Shown in pieces: positions 53,851 through 62,266 of a stretch of DNA of 62,375 bases. The stretch is from a virus. Taxonomy: Duplodnaviria > Caudoviricetes. Location: positions 1-62,375 of the IMG/VR virus record IMGVR_UViG_3300023079_000004; one strand, written 5' to 3'. Position 1 is the stretch's first letter. Every line of letters begins with the position of its first letter. Under the pieces are notes generated by a model, which worked only from the letters and a program-made list of their open reading frames with translations, was not told the origin of the DNA and searched no databases. A program made the translations under genes and the position numbers.

Positions 53851-56800
53851 CGCACGTGAATCTGCACGGGCACACGACCTTCAGCCCGGGGGACGGGTAC
53901 GCCATGCCGGACGCCCACGTGAAGGCGGCGGCCGAGCTGGGGCAACCGGCTATCGCCTTCACCGAGCATGGGAACGTGAGCAGCCACGTGAAGGGTGAGC
54001 GTGCTGCCGATGCGGCTGGGATGAAGTTCATCCCCGGGTGCGAACTGTACTGCGACACCGGTGATGCACGTGGCCAGACCAAGCATCATCTCACGGTGCT
54101 GGCCGCCAGTCCGCGCGGACTGGGCAATCTGTACTCGGTGGTCACGAAGAGCTGGGACAACTTCCACTTCAAGCCGACGGCAACCGGAGAGATGCTGGCC
54201 GACCACCACGAGGATCTCATCGTGCTTTCCGGGTGTCTGGGTGGGCGGTTGGCCACAGCGGTCATGGGAGGGAAGGGTGAAGAGGACAAGGTTCAGGCGG
54301 ACTTACGGGCGGGTGCGCGCGTCGCTGCACAGTTCCGCGAGGTGTTCGGTGACCGATACTATCTGGAGGTGCAGGCGCACCCACTCCTCGATCGTCAGCG
54401 AGCGTATAACCGCGCAGTTGCGCGCATCGGGCAGCGACTGGGAATACCTCTGGTCGCAACGGGTGATGTGCATTACCCGACGGAGCGGGACCAGGACATC
54501 TACCCAATTCTGCACGCCATCGATCGAGGCGGCTCCCGCAACACGGTCGAGGCGCAGTCGCAGAGCTGGGAGTACGGGCTGGTCCTGGCGCACCAGAGCA
54601 GTGACACCATGTATCGGGGACTCCTGGACACCGGCCTCACTCGTCGGGAGGCACGAGGGGCTCTGTCCCGAACGCTGGAGATAGCCGACCGGGTAGACGT
54701 CCGGCTCCCCAAGCTGAAGGACCTCGAGTACCCCGACGAGCGCCCGAGCGCCGACGTCATGATGGAGTGGCTGCGGCGTGGCTGGCGGTATCGCGGGCTG
54801 CACACGCTGAACCGGGAGGACCGGCGTCGGTACCTGGACCGTCTGCGGTACGAGACGAAGCTCATCGTGGACAAGGGTTTCGTGGACTACTTCCTCGTCA
54901 TCGCCGACATGGTGGTCTATAGCAAGACGAACGGGATCCCGGTGGGTCCGGCGCGTGGTTCGGCGGCGGCGAGCCTCGTGTGCTGGCTGTTGCGCATCAC
55001 CGAAGTCAACCCGATGCTGTTCCCCAACCTCATCTTCGAAAGGTTCATCGACATCAACCGGCACGACCTGCCGGACGTGGACCTGGACTTCGACGACGAG
55101 CTGCGCTACAAGGTGCGCGAGTACCTCGTGGAGAAGTACGGCGCGGAGCGGGTGGGCAACATCGGAACCTTCACGATGTACCGGGGCAAGAACAGTCTCG
55201 AAGAAGTGGCGAAGGTGTTCCGCATCCCGCTCTCTGCGGTGGAGGAAGTGAAGGGCGGGTTGCTGGAGCGCTCGTCCGGCGACCTCCGGTACGGCCAGAC
55301 CATCGAGGACAGCCGCGCGCTCTTCCCTAAGGTCGATGCGGTGTTCAAGCGGTACCCGGACCTTCGGCACGCGCAACGCCTCGAGGGCAACCTGAAAGGC
55401 TTCAGCGTGCACGCGGCGGGGCTGGTCGTGGCCAACGGTGCCCTGACCGAGGCCCTGGCGGTATACGTGCGATACAAGCCGGACAAGAAAAAGCCGCGCG
55501 GTGAGAAAATCGGCGAGGCCCTGAGCATCGACAAGTACGACGCCGAGTACCTGAACGTGCTCAAGATCGATGCGCTGGGCTTGAAGACGATGGGCCTCAT
55601 TCGCCGAGCTCTCGAGATGATCGGCATGAGCCTGGAAGAGCTGTATGCGGTACCGCTGGACGATGAGAAGGTGTACGAGGCTTTTCGCGCCAACCGTGTC
55701 ATCGGCGTCTTTCAGTTCGACGGCCGCGCGATGCGTAGCGTCAACCGGGAGGTCAAGCCTGATACCTTCGCGGAGATATGTGACATCAACGCGCTGGCCC
55801 GCCCCGGTCCGCTGCACTCTGGCGCTGCGGCTGAGTACATCATGGCGAAGCACGGCAAGAAGCCCGTCGAGAAGCTTCACCCGGTAGTCTCGGAGATCAC
55901 GGCGCACACCAACGGCCAGATCGTGTACCAGGAGCAGATCCTCCGGGTGGTCCGGGAGCTCGGCGGCTTCACGTGGGAAGAGGCCGCGCACGTTCGGAAG
56001 CTGATCAGCAAGAAGCAGGGCGAGCAGGCGTTCAACCGGTTGCAGAAGCTCTTCATGGAGGGTTCGGCGGCCCGCGGGGTGCGGGAAGCTGTGGCCGCGA
56101 AGGTGTGGAAGCAGCTCGTGACGGCAGGCGCGTACGCCTTCAACGCGGCGCACTGCGTCAGCTATGGGATGCTGGCCTACTGGACGATGTGGCTCAAGGT
56201 GAACCACCCGCTGGCCTTCTACTGCGCGGCACTCATCAAGTACAAGGGGGACAAGAAGAACGACAAGACGCTGGACATCCTGAAGGAGGCCACCGCCGCC
56301 GGGATCAAGATCGTGCCGCCGGACCCGGAGCTGAGCGACTTGTCCTGGCGGGTGTGCGCTGATGCTCTCGTGGCTGGCTTCACCCAGGTCCGGGGCATCG
56401 GCGAGAGCACTGCCCGCGCGATGCTAGCGTACCGCGAGGCGTTGCCGCCCAACACGGTGGGGAGCTGGGACACCTACCTCAATGTCAAGGGTATCGGACC
56501 CAAGACGATGGAGACCGTGAAGGCGTTCTGCGCGGAGCGGGATCCCTTTGGCATCAACGTGTTGCGGGAGCGGCTCGACAAGATGCGTTGGTGGCTCGGC
56601 GAGAACGGCGAGCGGTACGGCCTCCCCTACCCCTCCTCTCGCAGCGAGGACGTGCCCTACGAAGCCATTCGTGGCGAGCACACATGGGTGGGGAAGGTGG
56701 TGCACCGCAACCTGAAGGACATCTACGAGCTGCATCGCTCGCGGACTGGCGAGGAGCTTGACCCGAAGAAGGTCAAGGAGCCGCAGTACGTCAACTACGT

Positions 56801-56999
56801 CGTCATCACCGGGGAAGACGAGACGGGGCCGCTGGTCATCACGGTCCACCGGTACGGTGGTCTGTACGAGAAGTACAAGGAGGACATCTGGGACATCGAC
56901 CCGGACCGGGATCTGTTGCTGGTCCGGGGATACAAGCGCACGGAGTACCGTCGCGCCCTGTATGCCACCGAGCTACACGTCTTGACCGTGGAGGAATGA
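53841..56999 (+). CDS. dnaE: DNA polymerase III alpha subunit (DnaE-like) with PHP domain
   Basis: LHGHT.FS..DG, TEHG, DVHY; GPARGSAAASLV; PDVDLD; KIDALGL; RPGP; YAFNAAH. Confidence 0.97.
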   Translation: MALTHVNLHGHTTFSPGDGYAMPDAHVKAAAELGQPAIAFTEHGNVSSHVKGERAADAAGMKFIPGCELYCDTGDARGQTKHHLTVLAASPRGLGNLYSVVTKSWDNFHFKPTATGEMLADHHEDLIVLSGCLGGRLATAVMGGKGEEDKVQADLRAGARVAAQFREVFGDRYYLEVQAHPLLDRQRAYNRAVARIGQRLGIPLVATGDVHYPTERDQDIYPILHAIDRGGSRNTVEAQSQSWEYGLVLAHQSSDTMYRGLLDTGLTRREARGALSRTLEIADRVDVRLPKLKDLEYPDERPSADVMMEWLRRGWRYRGLHTLNREDRRRYLDRLRYETKLIVDKGFVDYFLVIADMVVYSKTNGIPVGPARGSAAASLVCWLLRITEVNPMLFPNLIFERFIDINRHDLPDVDLDFDDELRYKVREYLVEKYGAERVGNIGTFTMYRGKNSLEEVAKVFRIPLSAVEEVKGGLLERSSGDLRYGQTIEDSRALFPKVDAVFKRYPDLRHAQRLEGNLKGFSVHAAGLVVANGALTEALAVYVRYKPDKKKPRGEKIGEALSIDKYDAEYLNVLKIDALGLKTMGLIRRALEMIGMSLEELYAVPLDDEKVYEAFRANRVIGVFQFDGRAMRSVNREVKPDTFAEICDINALARPGPLHSGAAAEYIMAKHGKKPVEKLHPVVSEITAHTNGQIVYQEQILRVVRELGGFTWEEAAHVRKLISKKQGEQAFNRLQKLFMEGSAARGVREAVAAKVWKQLVTAGAYAFNAAHCVSYGMLAYWTMWLKVNHPLAFYCAALIKYKGDKKNDKTLDILKEATAAGIKIVPPDPELSDLSWRVCADALVAGFTQVRGIGESTARAMLAYREALPPNTVGSWDTYLNVKGIGPKTMETVKAFCAERDPFGINVLRERLDKMRWWLGENGERYGLPYPSSRSEDVPYEAIRGEHTWVGKVVHRNLKDIYELHRSRTGEELDPKKVKEPQYVNYVVITGEDETGPLVITVHRYGGLYEKYKEDIWDIDPDRDLLLVRGYKRTEYRRALYATELHVLTVEE

Positions 57000-57736
57000 T
57001 GAACCTGTACGACCAGAACCCGAACGTGCCGCAGGAGACGAGCCCGCTGTGGTTCGACCTTTCGGCCACCATGTACGACAACCTCAAGACCCTCGACCGC
57101 TGGATGGCCTACTACAGCGGCCGGTTGCCGCGTGGCATCGTCATCGACGAGGCCAGCATCCTGACCCGTACCGAGACCAACATGCAGAACGCCGCCGCGT
57201 ATCTGCGAGAGGCGGGGTGGGAGGAGTTCAACACCGCGACGGACCTCGTCTTCACCAATCCGTTCGGCACCCGGTACACCGTGGAGTACCGCTTCTTCAG
57301 CAACCCCCACGTCTTCTTCCGGCTGGAGTTGATGCGCCTGACGGGGGGCTTCAGTCCGTTGCACCGAGCCTTGCTCGAAGCTCCCCGCTTGAACTCCATG
57401 AGCTGGCCGGTGCCGCACCTGAGCTTCAAGCCGCAGCGCCGTGCACTGGGTGGTCTCCTTCCCGGCGAGAAGGAGAGGCCGCACCGGATGCAGACGTGGC
57501 GCGGTGCGTACGGTGAAGCGGTGCAGTATCTCCGGGACAACGCCTGCATTCACGCGCAGAGCTGCCAGAGCACCTACGGCCAGTTCGGGTACTTCCTCGG
57601 CAACGACGCCGCCCGGCAGGTCTACATCAAGCCGCGCATCAACTTGCGGGACGGCGAGGTCATGCACAGCATGTGCACCGTCGACAATAACGATGGGTGC
57701 CTCGTCGACCACAGCGTCACCCGGAGGCCCGTGTGA
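56996..57736 (+). CDS. Hypothetical enzyme, possible VOC/glyoxalase-like fold
   Basis: IDE.., RLELM and HLSFK spacing is reminiscent of VOC metal ligands; weak. Confidence 0.5.
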   Translation: MMNLYDQNPNVPQETSPLWFDLSATMYDNLKTLDRWMAYYSGRLPRGIVIDEASILTRTETNMQNAAAYLREAGWEEFNTATDLVFTNPFGTRYTVEYRFFSNPHVFFRLELMRLTGGFSPLHRALLEAPRLNSMSWPVPHLSFKPQRRALGGLLPGEKERPHRMQTWRGAYGEAVQYLRDNACIHAQSCQSTYGQFGYFLGNDAARQVYIKPRINLRDGEVMHSMCTVDNNDGCLVDHSVTRRPV

Positions 57737-58410
57737 AGAAGCGGGTGCTGGTCGTGGGGGCACGGCCGAACAGTCTCGGAGAAGCAGTTGCGAACGTGGC
57801 CAGTCGGCGGGGCTATCAGGTGGTCACGGCCGGTATCTCCGGCGAGGATGTCCGCCTGAACCTGCTCTCGAGCGTGACGGAGATCGAGGTGCTGCGCGGC
57901 ATCCTCCAGGGCATCGATCCGCACCACGTCGTGTGCACCGTCGGCATCAATCAGCCGGAGGCACACGAGGACGCGGACGTGAGCTGGTGGATGCGTGCGC
58001 ACTTCGAGGCGAACGTCATCGCGCCGCTCCGCCTGTTGGACGCGTGGATGCCGGTGGCTAGCATGGGGCACTACGTGGCCGTGAGCAGCAACAGCGCGCG
58101 CATCCCGCGCACCCGGAGCATGGCGTACTGCGCGTCGAAGGCGGCCCTGAGCATGGCGTTGCGGGTGCGAGCCCGGGAGCTCGGGGGTGCGCCGGTGGTG
58201 TACGGCTACGAGCCCGGCCTGCTGCTCGGTACTCCGATGACAGAGAAGACGGCCGCTGGCTTCACGGGACCGCTGACGCGCATGAAGGTGCCGGAGCTGG
58301 CGCGCGGTATCGTCGTCGACGATCTCGCTGAGCTGATGGTCCAGAACCTCGGGCACTCGGGCCTCGCCCTCAACGGCACCCTGATTCCCTACGACGCCGA
58401 TGAGCTGTAA
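57733..58410 (+). CDS. Short-chain dehydrogenase/reductase
   Basis: VLVVGA...SLG, AN, VSS and YCASK. Confidence 0.88.
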   Translation: MKKRVLVVGARPNSLGEAVANVASRRGYQVVTAGISGEDVRLNLLSSVTEIEVLRGILQGIDPHHVVCTVGINQPEAHEDADVSWWMRAHFEANVIAPLRLLDAWMPVASMGHYVAVSSNSARIPRTRSMAYCASKAALSMALRVRARELGGAPVVYGYEPGLLLGTPMTEKTAAGFTGPLTRMKVPELARGIVVDDLAELMVQNLGHSGLALNGTLIPYDADEL

Positions 58411-58462
58411 CTGGAGTCGTTCGCCGGTTGCTTTCTGTGGTACGACCCGGTTAGATAGGGGC

Positions 58463-58639
58463 ATGAGCAAAGAGAAGACGCACTGGCTCACCTATCTGGG
58501 GAAGCGTCGGCCGGAGACCCTGGCCGACAACCGGCAGTGGGGCGAACCGGGGACCGGGCCGTACCGGAAGCCCCAGCCGCACGCCAACCCAAAGGGCGTT
58601 CAGGGACATGCATTGGGGAGGGGTAACCGTGGGCAGTGA
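58463..58639 (+). CDS. Hypothetical basic protein
   Basis: AGGGG RBS; fills the gap. Confidence 0.45.
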   Translation: MSKEKTHWLTYLGKRRPETLADNRQWGEPGTGPYRKPQPHANPKGVQGHALGRGNRGQ

Positions 58640-58820
58640 CTGGCTCGAGGGGCCGCGTAGTCCGATGGACTTCGGCCGGGGGAGCTCCGGCGACTCGGGT
58701 ACGAGCGGCGGCGGCAACAGCAAGTTCGCTGCGTTCGGCATGCTGGCGTTCATCGCCGGTCCGGCCGGTCTGGTCCTCGGACTGGCGGCCTACCTGGCAC
58801 ACGGGTACGGCCTCATCTAG
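58629..58820 (+). CDS. Gly-rich small membrane protein
   Basis: GGAGG RBS; C-terminal TM. Confidence 0.6.
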   Translation: MGSDWLEGPRSPMDFGRGSSGDSGTSGGGNSKFAAFGMLAFIAGPAGLVLGLAAYLAHGYGLI

Positions 58821-58850
58821 CACCATGACAGCCGGGAAAGACCGGCACCT

Positions 58851-58970
58851 GCAAGGGATGCGCTCAGTTTCGGGTGATAGCTGACCCCGGCGGCAGAGCG
58901 GACCGATGGCCCCGGGGAACAGCACCCCGGGGTACAGGCCAGATCGCGGGTTCGAGTCCCGCCCCTTGCA
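58851..58970 (+). ncRNA. tRNA-like RNA 2 with extended anticodon arm and D-loop insertion
   Basis: Acceptor GCAAGGG/CCCTTGC; D stem CGCTC/GAGCG around AGTT[hairpin]CGGCA; variable AGATC; T arm GCGGG-TTCGAGT-CCCGC. Confidence 0.72.
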
Positions 58971-58994
58971 CGCAGCACGGAGGAGAAGGCCGTG

Positions 58995-59008
58995 CACTAC
59001 CCGGGAGG
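58995..59008 (+). promoter_or_regulatory. Leader/SD motif copy
   Basis: CACTACCCGGGAGG 6 nt before GTG 59015. Confidence 0.7.
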
Positions 59009-59014
59009 GGAATC

Positions 59015-59128
59015 GTGAGCTGGGAGTTTGTCTGGCAATTGATGCTGCTGAGCCTGTGGGCCGCCTTGATGGTGGTTCTCGTGGGCAACAGCCTGCGCAA
59101 CCCGAGCAAGGACAAGGAGAAGCTGTGA
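59015..59128 (+). CDS. Small membrane protein
   Basis: 37 aa, single TM. Confidence 0.6.
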   Translation: MSWEFVWQLMLLSLWAALMVVLVGNSLRNPSKDKEKL

Positions 59129-60438
59129 CCGACGAGTTCATCATGGACCACGCCTTCCGGGGCCAGGACCCCCAGCGCTGCGGTTACGCCTATCGCGAGC
59201 AAGGTGGGGCGGGGTGGGAAGCCTGGACGGAGCAGTCCTTCTGCAACCGGCCGAGCAGCGAGCACGCCGTGCCGGGGCCGAGCACCGGGCACCTCATCAA
59301 CACCCACCCGCATGACTTCGTGCCGAACCCGGAGAGCGCCACCTCGTGCGACTACAGGGTCAGCGACTCCGGGAGCGAGGACGCCAACGACAACGGCGTG
59401 TGGCGCATCTGCGGGTACCCCGAGCAGGCGCACGCCTGGGCCGCCGAGGACCGGCGCAAGGCTGCGCGGAAGTGGGCGGGGGAGGTGGTTCGCGTGGCTG
59501 ACGTGGCGCAGTACGCCCGGGAGCCGCTGCCGGACGCCGCGCGGCGCGGACCGGTCGTGACGCTGGTCGACGCGCCGCTGGACCCGCTCGGGACGCTGGC
59601 CACCGTGGTCGGCATCTACACCGGGCAGGTGAACCGCTCGAAGAGCGAGGTGACAGACGAGCAGCGTCGGGCGGCGCTGGCCGACATGCAGAAGACGGTG
59701 CTGGACGGACCCCTCGAGGCCGTGCAGTTCACCTTCCTGGTGGAGGGTGTGCAGCGAGACATCACGCACCAGATGGTGCGCAACCGCTTCAGCTTCTTCG
59801 CGCAAGAGAGCCTCCGGTTTGCGGTCGCGGAGGACTGGGCGCAGGAGGTCCCCCTCCCGCCCGGCCTCGCAGGGCTGCGCGACGACGACCCCCGGGTGAG
59901 CCTGTGGCGCAAGGCCATGAACCAGGCCGAAGACGCCTATGCGGCGCTGCTCGGGGCTGGGCTGGCGGCCGAGGAAGCCCGCAAGGTGCTGCCGCACGCC
60001 ATGCCCACCCGCATCTTCTGGGTGTGTTCGCTGCGCACGTTGCTGGCGGAGGCCGGGAAGCGCACCTGCACGCAGGCTCAGTTCGAGTGGCGGCAGATCT
60101 TTGCCGGGGTGGCGAAGGCGCTGCGTGACCACGGGCAGATGCGTAAGCTGGACGCTCGTACGGACGGCGTGAAAGACGGCTGGCAGTACCGCGCGTTCGC
60201 CGACCTGATGCGGCCGGTGTGCTATCAGCAGGGCAAGTGCGGGTTCATGGCCAAGTTCGACCGGGGCTGCACCATCCGGGCTCGGGTCGACGCCTTCGAG
60301 CGGGCGGGTGTGCCCTCTTCGGAGTGGGGCGTGCGGTACACCGGTCCGACCGGCCCCGGCCACGACCACGCCAGCATCCCGGCCATCGATCCCCGGGAGT
60401 GGGCGGCGGACCCGACGGCCGCGCGGGTGGTGGAGTGA
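59125..60438 (+). CDS. thyX: ThyX-like flavin-dependent thymidylate synthase with two N-terminal H-C-C-H modules
   Basis: PLE...FTF.VEGV.R..THQMVRNR..S..QESLRF, EEARKVLP and AQ.E.R. Confidence 0.85.
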   Translation: MTDEFIMDHAFRGQDPQRCGYAYREQGGAGWEAWTEQSFCNRPSSEHAVPGPSTGHLINTHPHDFVPNPESATSCDYRVSDSGSEDANDNGVWRICGYPEQAHAWAAEDRRKAARKWAGEVVRVADVAQYAREPLPDAARRGPVVTLVDAPLDPLGTLATVVGIYTGQVNRSKSEVTDEQRRAALADMQKTVLDGPLEAVQFTFLVEGVQRDITHQMVRNRFSFFAQESLRFAVAEDWAQEVPLPPGLAGLRDDDPRVSLWRKAMNQAEDAYAALLGAGLAAEEARKVLPHAMPTRIFWVCSLRTLLAEAGKRTCTQAQFEWRQIFAGVAKALRDHGQMRKLDARTDGVKDGWQYRAFADLMRPVCYQQGKCGFMAKFDRGCTIRARVDAFERAGVPSSEWGVRYTGPTGPGHDHASIPAIDPREWAADPTAARVVE

Positions 60439-60665
60439 TGTGGCGGAAGCGCGACCCCTACGCCTTCCCCTGGTTTTGGTTCGTCTTCTGGACGGTGGTC
60501 GGGATCGTGGTTGTCTTCGGCGGCTCCTGGCTGGTCGTGGACTACGTGTGGAGGCACGACATGCGGGCGGCTGAGGCGGACTGCGCACAGTACGGCGCGG
60601 TCCCGCACTACACCTACCGCACCCGATACCTCTGTCTCTTGCCGGACGGAAGGGTGGCGAAGTGA
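60435..60665 (+). CDS. Membrane protein
   Basis: N-terminal TM; C-x..C.LPDG tail. Confidence 0.65.
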   Translation: MMWRKRDPYAFPWFWFVFWTVVGIVVVFGGSWLVVDYVWRHDMRAAEADCAQYGAVPHYTYRTRYLCLLPDGRVAK

Positions 60666-61063
60666 TGTGGTGGCTGGTCGTTGTGTCCGTGGTGGCTGAC
60701 GTGATGATTGTGATCAGCCTGCTGCGGATGCGGCAGGAGACTCGGGAAGACGAGCGCTGGAAGCGGGAACGCCGGGCGCGTCGGCAGGCTCACGTGCTGG
60801 GGTTGCCCTGGCCGGAGGAGGAGAACATGTCCAAGAAGAACAACAGCGGGGCTAGCGGCGGGTACATCAGCAAGAACAGCGGTCGCAGCAACTACCGTGG
60901 CGGCAAGAACAACAGCCGCGCGGCGTCGGGGAACCGGTACGGCAATCAGCGTGGCCCGGGTTCGGGTGGTGCCGGTGGCGCGATGCTCTGGCTGGCGGTG
61001 GCGCTCCTCGGGTTGCCGGTGGCCGTGGTCGGGCTGGTCCTGGGGTACTTGGTGGTGACCTGA
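60662..61063 (+). CDS. Membrane protein (possible internal start at 60827)
   Basis: TM at both ends; strong internal RBS GAGGAGGAG before ATG 60827. Confidence 0.6.
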   Translation: MMWWLVVVSVVADVMIVISLLRMRQETREDERWKRERRARRQAHVLGLPWPEEENMSKKNNSGASGGYISKNSGRSNYRGGKNNSRAASGNRYGNQRGPGSGGAGGAMLWLAVALLGLPVAVVGLVLGYLVVT

Positions 61064-61380
61064 TGGGTAAGCGGTTGGTTCGAGACCGGGCTCTCGACAA
61101 CTGGGTGGTGCCCGGGGCCGAGCATCAGGTACGGCCGGTGCACAACGTGGCCGAGCACTGGCAGCTCCTGCGCGAGAAGCTGCACGAGGAGTGCGGGGAG
61201 GCCCTCTTCGCCGAGACAGACGCCGAGGTGGTCAAGGAGCTGGCGGACATGCTCAGCGTCATGCAGGCGATGGCCGCGTCGCGGGGTGTCGACTGGCGTC
61301 GGGTGCAAGACGAGCAGTTCAAGCGAGACACACGGGGCGGCGGGTTCTTCGCCGGAATGGTGTGGGAGACCAGCAGATGA
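61063..61380 (+). CDS. MazG-like / PRA-PH nucleotide pyrophosphohydrolase
   Basis: RLVRD, KLHEECGE, ELADML and KR..RGG.F. Confidence 0.85.
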   Translation: MGKRLVRDRALDNWVVPGAEHQVRPVHNVAEHWQLLREKLHEECGEALFAETDAEVVKELADMLSVMQAMAASRGVDWRRVQDEQFKRDTRGGGFFAGMVWETSR

Positions 61381-61391
61381 GAGGGAGAGAC

Positions 61392-61640
61392 ATGGCTAGC
61401 ACCGAGAAGAAGCACTACACCGTCAACGTCCACGTCGCGGAGGTAACCCGGACGGTTCAGACCGGGTTGGCCGGTGGTCCGACCGCCGACCGGCAGGTCG
61501 AGGATGTGCTGACGGCAACGTTGCGCGGGAAGAACCTCGCCGAGGCCCTCCGCTCCGCCATCAAGCACCTGGAGATCGAACTCGAGGACATCGGCGAGGA
61601 GCCCTCCCCGGTGCGCCCGGAGCGGGGGTCTTACGCGTGA
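61392..61640 (+). CDS. Hypothetical protein
   Basis: GAGGGAG RBS. Confidence 0.7.
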   Translation: MASTEKKHYTVNVHVAEVTRTVQTGLAGGPTADRQVEDVLTATLRGKNLAEALRSAIKHLEIELEDIGEEPSPVRPERGSYA

Positions 61641-62266
61641 ACAAGCAAGAGGCCCTCGAGGCCATCCTGACGGAGGTCCGCCGCCTGGAAGGCGGGACGG
61701 CGGAGCGGGTGCCGCTGGCCGGTGAGCGCGCGGTGCTGGCGAAGGAGGTGACCGAGATGGGAGACGCCCGGACCCTGACCGCCCCCTCGCAGCGCTACCG
61801 CCTGGTGCGGCTGGCGGCGGTCTGCCTGCACCTCCTGCGCGACGAGGCGGGGGCGGCAGAAGAGGTCGTCGGGGATGCGTACTACTTCGCCGCCCGGTAC
61901 GACCGGCATGCCGAGATGCGCCAGTACCGAGACGAGCTCCGGGCGGCTAGACCCCATGCCCGGGTAACGTCTACGTGGATCGACCCGCCGGAGGGGTCCG
62001 AGGAGGACCTGCCGTTGGACGCGCTCGACACGGCTCCCGCCTGGGGCGTGGCGCAGCTCTGCTACCGGGACATCGCGCGGGCGGACACCTTGGTGAGCTT
62101 CAACGGTCCGGTGGGTCGTGGTGGTCGACAGATCGAGTACGGGTACGCCCGTGCCCTCGGGAAGCGCATCGTGCTCATCGGCGGTCGGGAGACCGTCTTC
62201 CACGCCGAACCCGGGGTTATGGTCTATCCCTCGTGGTCGGCCTTCTTGAAGGTGGAGGCCCCCTGA
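61637..62266 (+). CDS. Nucleoside 2-deoxyribosyltransferase / nucleotide N-hydrolase-like protein
   Basis: YFAA, DIARAD.LV and GG..IEYGYA.ALGK.I. Confidence 0.75.
   Translation: MNKQEALEAILTEVRRLEGGTAERVPLAGERAVLAKEVTEMGDARTLTAPSQRYRLVRLAAVCLHLLRDEAGAAEEVVGDAYYFAARYDRHAEMRQYRDELRAARPHARVTSTWIDPPEGSEEDLPLDALDTAPAWGVAQLCYRDIARADTLVSFNGPVGRGGRQIEYGYARALGKRIVLIGGRETVFHAEPGVMVYPSWSAFLKVEAP

Noticed and set aside
3388-54305. TTA codons in a few genes (e.g. 3388, 28886, 46679, 54303) as bldA-type control
   Set aside because: Few occurrences, host unknown, and no count against background was possible.
5737-56207. Many long minus-strand ORFs (e.g. 5737-7320, 10937-12799, 12744-14735, 23943-25946, 54303-56207)
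   Set aside because: They mirror well-supported + strand genes, a typical artefact of high GC3 codon bias. They have no RBS or recognisable motifs.
53841-56999. Intein or intron in DnaE, TerL or the helicases
   Set aside because: Lengths are ordinary, motifs are contiguous, and no C/S...HN splice ends or homing endonuclease motifs were seen.
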